Shown: piece by piece, positions 1 through 13,752 of the stretch
Position numbering within the stretch: the stretch's first letter is position 1
Layout of the letters: each line of letters begins with the position of its first letter
The notes under the pieces: model-generated
What the model saw: only the letters and a program-made list of their open reading frames with translations
What the model was told of the DNA's origin: nothing
Databases searched by the model: none
Position numbers and translations under genes: made by a program
Assembly: GCA_002245135.1 (NCBI GenBank)
Contig: NGBS01000304.1
Location: forward strand, 1-64,000
Origin: Proteromonas lacertae
Lineage: Eukaryota
Length of the DNA stretch: 64,000 bases
Direction of reading: 5' to 3'

Positions 1-217
1 ATGTACTAGTAAAATGAATTTATCTGAAGAAGTAGATTTAGAAGATTTTGTAAATAGGCCAGAAAAGATATCAGCAGCTGAAATTTCTTCAATCTGTCAA
101 GAAGCCGGTCTACAAGCAGTAAGAAAGAATAGATATGTTATTATTTCAAAAGATTTTGAAAAAGGTTATCAAAAGACAGTCAAGAAAGCTGATACAGATT
201 ATGAATTTTATAAATAA
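1..217 (+). CDS. RPT3: 26S proteasome AAA-ATPase subunit 6B (3' end, gene runs off window)
   Basis: C-terminal AAA lid sequence [41 protein letters not shown]...YEFYK*, typical of Rpt3/PSMC4. Confidence 0.93.
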   Translation, partial: CTSKMNLSEEVDLEDFVNRPEKISAAEISSICQEAGLQAVRKNRYVIISKDFEKGYQKTVKKADTDYEFYK

Positions 218-386
218 TATTAAAAAAGATATTAATTTCTAAACTTATTTTTCTGTGTTTAGTTTTACAGATAAGATGTTCAATCATAAGTTTTGAAGTT
301 TTGAGGAAAATAAAATGTAACGAATTTCAGTCAAGTCAAGCTTGAATGTTGTAATACTTTTTTTTAAAAGATGATATATTAAGAGA

Positions 387-1640
387 ATGAAAAACAGCTC
401 TCCACCAATAAAACCAGATCATAGCTATGATCTTATAAACCAGTCATCTAAAAATCTTTTTATGCTGCCTAATGTACCATTAACAGATGATTCCCTCTGT
501 GACTTAAAAGATGTTGAAAGATGTGAGACATTTAGCTTAGCAGCAAATGTAAAAATAACACCAATAAAAACCTCAAAAATTACAAATCCTCAAAGAAGTT
601 TTTGTCAAACACCTGGTCTTCTACTCCCACAAAGTCATGTTGTTCATCAAATTATAGCTCAATGACCCGTCATTCTAGAGTAAGTACTGTTTTATTAAGT
701 ATGGGTTGTAGAAGGTCATTTGCTAAGGCTTCACAACAATTAAGTTCAGGTATACGTACTGCTAAAAGTTCTAATCCTAAAATTGATGCTATTATAAAAT
801 TCAAAAAATCTGTCATCATTTAGTAATGACTAAATTCCGACAATATGAGAGATATAGAGAAGAAAGTCGAATTATAACCCATCAAGAGTGTAGAAATAGA
901 TTAACAGATTTAAATGAGTTATTTCAAGAGCCATCTCTACAATCATATAGACAAAGGCAAGTAGATAAAGCCAAAAAAGAAATAATGAACTGCGGAGATC
1001 TAATTCGAGAAAAGAAATTGACAGAAACTGATGAATATAGTTTATTAAAAGAACTAATCAGTTGTTTTTCACTCTCTTCGTGTGAGAATATATTTATAGA
1101 AGATATTATCTTGTTAATTATTACAATTTTGAGATTACCAGTTACAGTGGAGAATTGGCAAATGATAAGGATGAGGTAAGGTGTATTACTGTATTGTATA
1201 AAGGTAAACATCCAATTGTACACTTGGATGACTTTTATAAATGGATTTGTGAATGTATTTATTATTATTATTATTATTATAGTTCGTAAACACAAGCCAT
1301 CTCCATTTGGCAAATTATACCAAAAGTTTTTATTCTTTTTACATGAAGATATTCCAATTGATTTATTATGTATGTATAATAGTATGTTTATTATTATTAT
1401 TATAGTAATTATATGCAGTTGAAACAAAACCTATATATATAGCAATCACACTAATGAATTATGATAAGAAAAATCCTCCTTTGTTCAAATGTAAAGTATG
1501 TGAAAATTACTCTAATTGTTTTCCTCTTCCAGTGGCAAGACATATAGTGAGGTGTAAAGTAGAATCGACAAAGAAGAAAAAGAAACAGATTAATTTTGTT
1601 AAATCAAAAAAACAATTTCTTATAATAATAATAATAATAA
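387..1640 (+). CDS. Hypothetical multi-exon protein, reading frame appears disrupted
   Basis: Successive + strand ORFs (387-665, 602-823, 826-1179, 1454-) with short GT-AG intron candidates (e.g. 680-711). At least two frame changes are not explained by introns. No recognisable domain; ends approximate. Confidence 0.35.
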
Positions 1641-1860
1641 TAGTGGAGATGAATGTGTTATTTCTCTCTCTTTCTTCCAGTATTATATATGTATATTTTA
1701 TGGATTAGTCATTTAATTGTTATTATTTTAGATATTATGTTTGTTTTTAATTATTTTATCTATCACTCTCTCTATTTATATATTTTACCCTTTCTAAAGC
1801 AACAAAAAAACAAATTTAAAAATGCCTCCCGATATATTTCATTTGTTGTTTAAACACTAT

Positions 1861-2494
1861 TTAATTCTTTAATGGAAATTGGAATGAAACATCACGTTGT
1901 GTTAATTTCTTATATAAAACTGAGAATGTTTCTAATTTAGTTTCTACAACGGTTTGTTCTGATGGATCTAAATAAACTTTTAATAATTTGCTTCCATCAG
2001 TTCCATATCTAGTTCTCTTACCAACGATTTCAGTTGGGAATACTAAATCTTCTAAAATAGCTTCCATGAACATTGGTGATGTGTTCTACTTCTTGGTAAT
2101 GGACCCATGGTTCTTTGTTCTCTTCCATGCCTTACCTAAGATGGTTCTTTGGGCAACAATAACAACATGATGATCACTAGTAAATATTATTATATTAATT
2201 TAAATACGCGAATTTCTTTTCTAATTCTCTTACTAAAGTCTTTTGGATTTTGTGGAATGCTTTTAATAATGGGCATGGTACGAAAAGAATGATAGCTTTT
2301 TGTCCTCCAGCAATATCTTGTTCTTTAGCACTTACAATGTGTAATTTTGATAACTCTTCTTTGATTTCAGAGTTTCCATCCTATTTAAATTAACTAATTT
2401 CAATAAATACTTGAATAGCTTGGATTTCTTGAGCTACTTTTAATTCAAAAGCATCTGGTTCTTGTTTTCCTGGTTTTACTATTTTTGAAGACAT
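1861..2494 (-). CDS. RPS7: 40S ribosomal protein S7 (eS7), 3 exons
   Basis: MSSKIVKPG...[23 protein letters not shown]...[19 protein letters not shown]; introns at 2381-2410 (30 nt) and 2177-2207 (31 nt). Confidence 0.96.
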
Positions 2495-2988
2495 TTCAAA
2501 CTATTAAATATAAATAAATAAGAATGAGATTGAATAATGAGTTAATAATAGAACTAAAAAGTCCAGTGGATGGAATAATATAACATAAAAACAAAACGTT
2601 AGTATTTAGATTGAAGTATTGAGAGAGAAGGTAATATATGATAAATACATATTAGTGGGAGGGATGCAAAATATTTGTATTAATGCCTATTAGATTGAAT
2701 GATCAATTGATGTTTATTTCTTTACCCTTAAAGCTTGTTCAATCAAACTTTTCGTTCTTTTTTAATTTCTTCTTTATCTCATAAACTACTAGATTGTGGA
2801 ATTAAATAAAATTACACTTGCTATATATTGATTATTGTGAATAGATTGAGTTGGTTATTTTTGTTTTTAATTCAATTCTTGAATATCGATTTTGAAAATA
2901 AATTGGTTTTTACACTTTGATTGAATAAAACAACATTAAGTAGGAATGTTTTCGATTGATATAACAAATAATTATCATTATCGATTAT

Positions 2989-5705
2989 ATGGTGTACCAA
3001 AATTTTCAATAGAAACAGTTTTTTATAGAAATGGAAGAAACTGGTAGAGAGACAGAAGATTATTACAAAATAATCAATGAATTGAAAGAAGAAAATAGAC
3101 AACTTAAAAACTAAAGTATAATACTGACTATAGTGTGATAGATTGAAAATCAAGCCTTTCTTCTCAAGAAGACAGAACAGAAATTGAAGAATGCTAGTAA
3201 TGGAGGAAGAAAATCCACAGCAAGCGCAAAGAAATCTATAATAGGAAGTGAAGGAGGTGATAAAAGTAGAAGGACTGATGAAAACCAACAATTAAAGTAT
3301 TAAATAATGAACTAATATGTAGTAAAACAATATTAAAGTTGAAAGAAGAAAATGAGCATTTACAAAGTTATGCAAAGAAACTAGAGAAATGAACAATTGG
3401 ATTTAAAAGACTCAGTAACACAACATCTAACAGAATTGGCTGAAGAGAAAAGAAAAGTAGTAGAATTAAATGAAAAAATAACCAGAACGAATTAGACTTG
3501 AAAATCCAAAATCAACAATAGATGAAAAGATCAACAAATCAAAAAGCTTGAAGATGACTTGTTTAAAAGTAGTAAAACTGTATTAATGGATTATAACCCA
3601 GAAAATGAAGAAGAAAAGACAATATATGAAAAAACAATAAAAAATATGAAAATTCAAATGATGAGTAGCAATAGTGATAATTATAATATAATAAATGAAT
3701 TACAGACTGAATTATATATGACAAAATTGACATTAAATAAACAAAAATTAGAGTATATATTGTTATATATAATTTCATTTTATTTTATATTTAGTTATGA
3801 AGAGGAAATTCAAAATTGTTTATTATCATTAGAAATACAAAAGACAGAAAATGAAAAGAAATATGAAGATTTAAAGAATGAATATTTGGATTTTAAGAAT
3901 AAAGAAAATAAAAATAAAGAAATTCTATTGGAGGAACAAAATATAATAATCAAATCATTACAATCTCAGTTTGATTTGTATAGAAATACAGCAGAATATT
4001 TATTTCAAAAAGAAATATCTCGTTAAAGGAAATAATCAAAAATCAAATGATTAAATATGAGTTAGAAATAACAAAGTTATGTAATATGAAAGAATACCAT
4101 TATGAACAGATAATATCGAGTAAAGATAGTAAAATAATGAATTTAATTGACGGAACAGATATTCAAGTATATATATTAATAATTAATTTTAATCATATAG
4201 AGTTTAATATTGAAATATGAAAGTGAAATAAATGATATAAAAAAGAGTTGTAGAGAAGAGACGAATAGAATAGTGGATAATTTACAACGTTCTCAAAGTG
4301 AAGAAATTTCTAGATTAAATAATGATATATTCAGCCAACAGGAAATAATAGAAAATTTAAAAGAAAACATACAAAGTTTAAATGTATTTATATATTTATT
4401 TAATCTATAAATAGAATGTACAATATAATTTAAATAATCAAATCAAAAGAAAAGATCAAACTATTCACAAGCTTGAAGATCAATTATCTCATGAAAGAGA
4501 AACATTAACATCCAAAATCAACGAACAGTCTAAGAATATAAATAATTTAGAGATAAAAATACATCATTTAAAACATTTATTATTACAATATAAATTAAAT
4601 GAAAAAGGTGAAACAGATGAATCTTTAAAGATGTTAACAAAATATTTGAATAATGAAATGATAAAGTTGAATGATGATTATAATATATTAGTTGATAATC
4701 ATAAATATAATGAATATGAAAGAAACGAACTGATGAGATCTAATCGATTTTTAGAATCTCAAAATGAAAAATTGAAAAATGTATATTACATATAATAATA
4801 TCTTAAAAATAGGCTTTAGAATCTCAAACAAGAGAATTTAACAATCTAAACAAAACTTTGAAAAGTGTAATACAACATCGGAGTTAATACATTAAATACA
4901 ATCAATGACAATGAAAAAAGTAAAAGAATATTATCATTCGAAAAAGATCAAATAAAACCAATTTATCATGGAAGTGGAATTGGAATACCCAAAGCCCTTG
5001 AAACGATAAGAGTATTACTAATAATAATATTTATATAATGTATAGAGATATACCAAATCTCCAATTCCTACTCCCATTAATAAACCTATTAATACAAACA
5101 TTAGAAGTATAAACTCTTTATTATCCAATAATGATTCTTATCTTAATACAGAACAACAATATAATCCTTCTCCACAACCCCAACCTCCAAAATCATCTTC
5201 TTCACATATTTCTGCTGCTATTACAACTACAAATAGAAATAAAATATTGAAAATAAAGTAATTAGATTCAAAGAACCAAAGAAAGTATAATATGATATGA
5301 ATATTAATAATAATAAATTAGATGAAAGAAAGAAAAGAAGAAAATGAAAGTGAAGTAATAGATAGTAAAACAATCGAAATATTAGAAAAAGGATTAATTT
5401 CAATAAAACATTTTAACAATATAAGTAAAGCGTATTCGAATGGTAATTATGATTTGAAGAAAGATAGAGAAGGTAATTTAAATAGAGTAGTATTAAATAA
5501 TGAAATTAATGATAATGATTTTTTGAACAGTTCAGGAAAAGTTAATACGATGAATAATAATAATAGTGATGATAATGAAAGTGAAGAAAATGAAAATAGA
5601 AAGATATTTGATAATAATAAGAGTATAGATATTTTAAAGAATGGTCGAAATAATGTTAGTAATGAAATTAAAGAAAACTCAAATTTGAGAGCTTTATCAG
5701 TTTAA
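2989..5705 (+). CDS. Large coiled-coil protein, multi-exon (5' part has apparent frameshifts/stops)
   Basis: E/K/L-rich heptad-like ORFs 3559-4026, 4210-4410 and 5322-5705 joined by ~30-nt GT-AG introns; start uncertain. Confidence 0.55.
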
Positions 5706-5859
5706 TATTTATTATGTTATGTTTTTTGTACGGATTATCTTAATTGATCATAATTTTTAATAGTAATTTTCACAGTTTATGTAAATATGAAGTATTTACA
5801 TAAAAAAACATTAAAAAAATATTTGGCTTGATTGATTTTGAGATTAAAATTTCTTAAGA

Positions 5860-8187
5860 ATGGAAGAATTTGAAAGTATAAGTGATGAATATTCTGTATA
5901 TTTTACTGTTGTTTTATATGAAATAGTTGATAAGAGTGATAAAGAAGAGTGATTTAAGTGTTTTGTTGGAAGTTAAAGAAAAGAATAGTAATGATATAAA
6001 ATATGTGAAGATATATAACAGAGATAAAATGAATTTGAGGTGTTTGGATCGTTTTGTTGAATCACTAGAGAAATCGAGTAATTTGAGAGTGAGCAATGTA
6101 TTGATATATGATAAATACATAATTACCGAAAAATATGTGATATTGATAATGAAGAAATATGAGAGTAACTTAGAAGAGTTAATGTTTAAGAAAGAGTTAA
6201 AAGAGATAGAAATCAATGAGATAATGTTAAAATTGATAAAAGGGATAAAGACATTGGAAGAAAATGGTATGATATATAACAATATCAAGCTGAATAATAT
6301 GTTGTTGAATGAAGAAGGAGATATAATAATAGTTGATAATTTAAAATATTTGTTATTGAAAGACAGATTAAATGATATAAAAAGAGATATGGATGAGATA
6401 ATATATTTAAGTCCAGAAATATTGAAAGATGAAGAAATGAATGTTGCAAGTGATATATGGAATATAGGAATAATCTATTATAGATTATTAAGAAAAGAAA
6501 TTCCATTTAAAACCAATTCAATATCTGATTTAATAGAATCCATAACAGAATTTAAATATGAAAATAATGATAAACTAAACGAAAGATACAATAATATATT
6601 ATCAAGATCACTAACAGTGGAAAAGTATAATCGAATGACAATAGAAGAATTAATATTCAGAATTAGAGTTAATGTTATTATTGAATTATTGAAGAATAAA
6701 GAAAAAGAAAAAGCGAATGAAATGATGGTAGAAATGAGAGAAAACAATTCACAAAAAGAAAACTGTGAATGAATGAGATAATAGGAGATTATTATTATGA
6801 AAATGTATATTGTTATATATTATAAAATGAATAGAAAGAATACAGAGAAACAATTCCATATTACGAAAATGGATTAGAATATGCTTTAACAAATGATCAT
6901 AAAAAATATTGTTATAATAGTTTAGGATATTGTTATTTTAAATTAGTATTTATAGATTGATATATAGTGTAGAATGAATATCAAAAATCAATTCAATATT
7001 ATAAAAAAGCTTTACTATTTTCTACATTAAATGAAGAAAAAGAAATAAATAATCATGGTATAGGAAAATGTTATTATAAAATTGTATATATATAATAATT
7101 ATTCATTAGCATCGTTATATGGAAGCAATTATATATTATAAAATTGCATTAGAATATTCATCAAGAAATAAAGATAAAGAATATAATAATAGAATGATAG
7201 GCAAATGTTATTACTATTCAGTATGTTAATCATTGTAATAATAAATAGAAAGAATATAGAGAAACAATTCCTTACTTAGAAAGTGGCTTAGAATATTCAT
7301 CTTCAAATAAAAATAAAGCATGTAATAATAATGGATTAGGTTGTTGTTATTTTTTATTAGTATATTTATTATTGTAATAATAAATAGAAAGAATATAGAG
7401 AAGCAATTCCTTACTTTGAAAGTGCCTTAGAATATTCATCAACAAATGAAGAAAAAGAATATAATAATAATGGATTAGGTTGTTGTTATTTTTTATTAGT
7501 ATATTTATTATTGTAATAATAAATAGAAAGAATATAGAGAAGCAATTCCTTACTTTGAAAGTGCCTTAGAATATTCATCTTCAAATGAAGAAAAAGCATG
7601 TAATAATAATGGATTAGGTCGTTGTTATTTTTTATTAGTATATTTATTATTGTAATAATAAATAGAAAGAATATAGAGAAGCAATTCCTTACTTTGAAAG
7701 TGCCTTAGAATATTCATCAACAAATGAAAAAATACATATATATAACCGAAATCTTGGTAATTGTTATTTTGATTTAGTATATTTATTATTGTAATAATTA
7801 ACTAGAAAGAATATGAAGAAGCATTGAAATATTATAGTACTTCATTAGATTATTTAGAAAATGAAAAAGATAAAAATCTAGTAAAGGTAGATATAGCAGA
7901 ATGTTATTTAGAATTAGGAAATAAAGAAAAGACAATTTCATATTTGAATGAAGTAAAAGATGAATTATGTGATGATGAAACAAAATATTGGTATAATAAA
8001 GTAATGGGAAAATATTATCTTCAAATTGTATTATTTGATAATTGATATATGATATAAATAGAAAGAAAAAGAAAAGAGTAAAGAATATTTAGAAGAATCA
8101 CTCAAATATGTAGATAGTCAAAGAAATGATGATGAAAAGAAAGAAGAAATAAACAAATTATTAGAAGAATTAAACAAAATGAATTAG
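5860..8187 (+). CDS. Pseudokinase-TPR repeat protein, copy 1 (seven 111-nt TPR exons; 1-nt frameshift near 6765)
   Basis: Exon 1 MEEFESISDEYS, intron 5896-5926. Kinase fold with YLSPE and SDIWNIG, but HRD reads YNN and DFG reads DNL. TPR exons start at 6835, 6973, 7110, 7249, 7388, 7527 and 7666, followed by a 222-nt exon at 7806 and a terminal exon. Confidence 0.85.
7221..7805 (+). repeat. Tandem 139-bp intron+TPR-exon units (about 4 near-identical copies)
   Basis: Exon starts 7249/7388/7527/7666 are exactly 139 bp apart; the 28-nt intron gtatatttattattgtaataataaatag is repeated. Confidence 0.92.
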
Positions 8188-8245
8188 TGATTTTCTTATT
8201 TCTTTTTCTTTTTTCAAAATTTTGATAAAACCAATAATATAAAAA

Positions 8246-9403
8246 TAGTGTTGTATTTTTCGGTCAAAAAATATAGGTTTACATATAGGTCAAAACCTAT
8301 ATCTTTAGCTTGACCTTTACCTTCCTTATACTAACTATTAGTTGACCTCCTATGGAACATGAGTTAAGAAGCATATTATCTAACCATAAATACAAAATTA
8401 AAGCTTTATACATCATCTTTCAAATATCAAATTTGACCTTCGGTCGATGCACTTTTTATATTACTATTATTTTGATCTATTTCTCAATGATGATTCACAA
8501 TAACATATAATCAACATAATATTAAATTAATTATAGAATAAAAAAAATAAAAGAAAAAAACATCAAGCTTGATGGTTTGACTAAGTAAATCTTTATTTTT
8601 TAAGATTTAGATCATTTAAATGTATAATTACTCAATATTTATAAGACTTTATAATAAATGAAACTATAGGGATATCACATTACCTCCTTTCGCATCGAAA
8701 GAAGTTGTGGATTTATTCAATTATAAAATGTTTCATAAAAATATTAACTACTTCAAAATGTTTTGGAAAATGTGATTAAAATAAAATATTCAGATTATTG
8801 CATATGGTAAAAGCCAAAGTCAATTCAGATTCTGTCAACAAAGATCTATTTAAATTCATAACCTTCAATGCAGTCAGTACCACAATATTAGACTCACCAG
8901 AATTTAGAAGGTTTTGCTTCAAACTAGGATATATTATACCTCTAAGAGAGTTTTATAATGATTATTTATTTTCAAAAACTGATAAAGTAAGAGATTTATT
9001 GAAGACAAATCATTAATATCCAGAAATAGAGATTTATTATTATAATTACATTAATATTTGTTTTTTAGAGATAGTAATCAATATAAATTAATCATCAAAA
9101 TAACAAGTTGTTTATAAATATGTTAAATATCACTATTGAGTAGTTTGTAGATGAATTTTAATATATCAGAATAGAAATTTATACAATTTCAATCAATCTT
9201 ATTCTAACTTTGGTAGTTAAAGTAAAGCAGGAAGTAGGAATAATATTTTATATAGTATGATAGTTTGTATTAAACAAATGTTACTCAATAAGTAATTAAA
9301 ATAGATTTTAACAAAATAATGCTTGAGGTTTGACCAACCTAAGGTCAAAGCTAGATTATAGGTTTTACCTATAACCTATAGGTTACCTATTTATACAACC
9401 CTG
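8246..9403 (+). mobile_element. Degenerate hAT-like DNA transposon
   Basis: Imperfect TIRs TAGTGTTGTAT / (rc) CAGGGTTGTAT with ATAGGT subterminal repeats; 8-bp flanks TATAAAAA / TATAAAAC; internal ORF 8798-9016 (TILDSPEFRRFCFKLGYIIPLRE) resembles a hAT transposase segment. Confidence 0.65.
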
Positions 9404-9556
9404 TATAAAACCCTATTAATTTAAGAATTGTAATTGTTATTATTATTATAATTGGAATAATTAAAAACATTTCATTTAGAATAAAATTTACTTATTGGAA
9501 GATTCTATTATCTTAATTATCTTGATTTATATATAATATTCCATATATTACACACT

Positions 9557-11145
9557 CTATTGATTCTTTTTATTTTTCAAAAGTAATTCACTTCTATTTT
9601 CTTTTAAATGTTTTATCTCCTTTTCTAAAATTTCAATTTTATTAAACAATTTATTTATATCATTTTCTTCATTATTCAATCCTTTTTCTTCTCCTCCTAT
9701 TTTCTCCTCTTTTCTTTCATTATCATTCATTTTATTTAAATATTTTAAACTATCTTCAACTTTACCATTCTTTAATAAATGTAATATTTCATTCTTTAAT
9801 TTTTCATCTTCTTTTACTTTATTTTCGTATAATTCTATTGTCATTTTATTCTTATATTCTTCATCTTTTATTTCTTCTTCATTTATTAAAATTGAATTAC
9901 TCATCTCTTCTATTCTTTCATTTATATTTAATAATATTTCTTCACTTTTATATAGTTTATATATCTCATTTAAATAGTTTTCTTTACATAATTTTACTTC
10001 TTTCTGTAATTTCAATAGATTATATTTATCAAGTCGACTTATTAAATCTTTAACTTCATTTATTGACAAACTACTCATCAATTCTAATTTAATAAAATTA
10101 TCATTATTTATATCACTTATATTCAATTTAGATTCTAACATATCATTTTCATACATTTCTAACCATTTTACAAATGGATAAATAAATCCATCTATTAGCC
10201 ACATTGTACTGAATTTCATTCCCATTTGAACATCTCTTCCTACACGATGATATGAATTCCATAAAGTTATTGTCATATAAATACCTAATAACACATCAAT
10301 TGTATAATGCATTCTAACACCAATTAATATATATAAAAGTGTAAATACAATAATCCAAATTGTACATTTCACGATATTACAGTACTTACTTTTAATTGGA
10401 AAGTAAGTATGCCATATCATTCCACAGATTACTAATTCTACAGTATGTCCACTAAATAGCATATCTCCACAAGTTATTGTTCCTCCACTACCTGGTAAAA
10501 CTACCATTAATGCTCTTTTCATTATTAAAATATATGGTAATTTACTCATTTCAACTGTTCCTTTAGTGATTTCTTGACATATTAACGATGGATCTGGTAC
10601 TGATGTAGTGATAACGGTTATTGTTCGAAAAAACATTAACGTACCCCAAATTACACCAATTCTCATTAACAAGATTAATCGATTTTTACGAAGTAAGACA
10701 AATGCTATTGAACTTATTAATAAGACTGGAAATAAGATATCTGGTATTTCTTGACCATTTATATATAAACCAAAGGGTAATCTTACATGAGTTATCACTG
10801 GAATTAAATCAAAACCAACATCTGGTAAAGTTTTAAATTGAGATGGATTTCTATAGAAAGCTGCAGCAGACGTCATTCCCATTAAATGTCCACATACTAA
10901 AAGATAGCTATTAACAAAATCATTAAATAAGAATATTTATACGTCAGCCCTATAATACATCGAATAGCTTGATGATGATTTCGTAGTAAATAAATAACAA
11001 CACCAAAGAGTATGAAAACAGGAACAGTTGAGTTAAAAAAAGACGTACCAAGTCCACAAAGGCTGGCATAGGCTAAAGAAAGTCCATGTATCCATGCTAA
11101 TATTGCTAAAAATGCGGCAGCATGAACATGGCCGGCTGCTTTCAT
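9557..11145 (-). CDS. Sphingomyelin/IPC synthase-family (PAP2_C) membrane protein with C-terminal coiled coil
   Basis: Motifs LPDVGF, CGDMLFSGHT and HYTIDV plus multiple TM segments; one intron near 10909-10942. Confidence 0.88.
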
Positions 11146-11186
11146 CGCTAAACAAAAATGAGTAACAAAACGAATATAATTTAAAA

Positions 11187-13273
11187 ATGAGAATTATGTT
11201 CAAAATAGAATTATATAGCTTATTTATATTATTTATATATGTAATGAGTATTTTTGGAGTATGCATAAATGATTGCAGGTATTGTACAAATATATAATAT
11301 CAATAGTCAAAAGGGAACTTGTTCGATGTATCCTGAATATTTGAAATTAAGAAATGGATATTATAAATGTAAATGTAATAGATTATACACTGGTGCTGAT
11401 TGTTCTGTGCGTATTTATTTTTATCAAATGTAATCTTAGCCTCTTGTCCTAAAGGTCCAGATTGGTTTAATTCATCCTTATTAACTGAATGCAGTGGTAT
11501 TGGAATATGTAAATCATTTCATTGTGCTTGTCCTGATGGATTTGGTGGAGATAGTTGTCAAAAACTACTCTGTCCAGTAGATCCAATAGGAAATAGACAA
11601 TGTAATGGAAAAGGTAAATGTGTAGCATTAGATGATCATGCAAAATTGAATAAAATCTATCCAATATTTGATTATGATTTCAATTGGGATAGTGAAAGAA
11701 TATTTGGATGTGAATGTGATAATGGATTTAGTGGATATGATTGTTCAATTCAAAAATGTGCAGTAGGATTAGATCCAATAAAAAGAGGTAAGTATAAACC
11801 TGTAATTCATATCTATGAAAAGAAACGATCAAAATTTCGATTCTTTTCAAATGGTGTAATAAGTAAAGAGATTAATCACTATACATCTATAAATGAAATA
11901 TCGAATATATTAGAGTCTTTTGGTTATGGTGAAGTGAGTGTAATATATTCATCTAGTAATAATCAATATAAATTTACATTTGAAAATCCTCAAACAACAA
12001 TTCCATCTCAACTCTATACAATTCCAATAAATTCATTAATTCCAATCCAATTGGATGAATGGAATAAGAGTGATGCAATTGTTAGTGAGTGTAATGGAAG
12101 AGGAAAATGTATAAAAGGATCATGTAAATGTGACTCATCATTTTATCCATCTTCAGCTTCTGAAAATTCATTTATTGATAATTGTGGATATTTCCAAAGA
12201 ATAATATCGAATGATGATAATTTTACTTGTCCTTATAATCATGATAATAAATTAATATGTAGTGGAAATGGAGTATGTGAATCTGAGTTTAAAGAATGTA
12301 AATGTAATGAAGGATATGAGAAATATGATTGTTCTTCCAGTATATATTTATAGATTAGTTGATTCTTTATATAGAGATTTGTCCAAGTGGTTATAGTTGG
12401 TTTAATTATCCCAATACTACCAATAATGTTCATTATAAAGCAATATGTAGTAGTCGAGGAATATGTGATGAGAATAGTGGAAAATGTGTTTGTCAGAAAG
12501 GATTTAGTGGAGATGCTTGTGATAAAAGTATATCTTTGAATGTATGAATATAATATTAAATAGTGGATTGTATGGATAATTGTAATAATCATGGAGAATG
12601 TTTAACTGTAAACGAATATAATCATAAACATGGTTTACCAATAAAAGATAGTTATGAAAATGAAAATATTCGAAAATGTTTCTGTGAGAAAGGATATAAA
12701 GGGAATAGTTGTAATGAAAGAGAATGTATGTATGGAGTTGATAAAAATGAATTTAATTATATTATAAATAAATATGGAGATAAGTTTCAAAAATCTGCAG
12801 TATTGAATTTTAAATGTTCAGTTGTTGATAATAATAATAATAATAAAGACAGTTTAAGATTATATGTGAATAGCAATATAATAAATATCAATATTGATAC
12901 AAATCTGAACGATTTAAAATATAAATTATTATCTGAAAGTGGATTAAAATTTGATGATGATGATAATAATTTGGAAATAAAATCAAATACTAAATCATCA
13001 GTTTGTGTAAAAGATGGAAATGAAATAGAAATCATCTTTCCTCCAAGTTATTGTGTAGAAGAATTGAAAATATATTTTGAATATGATATGAGAGTGTTTA
13101 ATATTTCAAATTATTCATTTACAAGTGATAAGAAATGTTATGAATGTAGTAATCGAGGTATTTGTGATGTTATTAGTGGTAAATGTAAATGCTTTAATGG
13201 ATATGGTGTTAATGATGATGGTATTGATAATTGTGGAAAAGAAATTGGAGATGTAGTTGAAGATGATTTATAA
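11187..13273 (+). CDS. Secreted EGF-like/tenascin-type Cys-repeat protein
   Basis: Hydrophobic N-terminus; repeated CSGxGxC...CxCxxG(F/Y)xGxDC units across several exons. Confidence 0.85.
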
Positions 13274-13752
13274 TTTAACTAATTTTCCTGTAATTTAGAT
13301 ATTTTATTTTATTGCAATTTCTGTATTAATCATTTGTCTCGAATAGGTAAAAACTAATAATTGGAATGACAGCGGAATTCATAAAATAATGGCAAGCAAA
13401 ACAACTTATATTTTTATTTATTTATTATTATACCTATTAGTAACATATATTATAATATTATGCTGTTAGATTTATGTGAAATAGAAGATATCTATTTTTA
13501 GTTACATTTATATGTTTTGAGCAGAAATTTGCTATTATTGATATTACAAACATATAGAGAGGCATAATAATATAAAAATAAAGGTAATGATGCCTTTTAT
13601 ATAATATAAGAAATTAACAAGACATATTAAAATGTTTAGCAAAGCATAATAAAATTCTAACATTTACTCAATATCTAATCTTTTATTTGGATGTTAGGAT
13701 TTTATACTTTTTGATAAATTTTCATAATTTGTTATTTTGTTTTCTTTTATGC

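Noticed and set aside
2501..2725. Possible long 5'-UTR intron of RPS7 hosting a snoRNA
   Set aside because: Splice sites are plausible, but I found no convincing C/D or H/ACA boxes
7221..7805. Regularly spaced repeats resembling a CRISPR array
   Set aside because: The constant part is a GT-AG intron plus coding sequence, and the 'spacers' are homologous in-frame TPR exons; eukaryotic context with no cas genes
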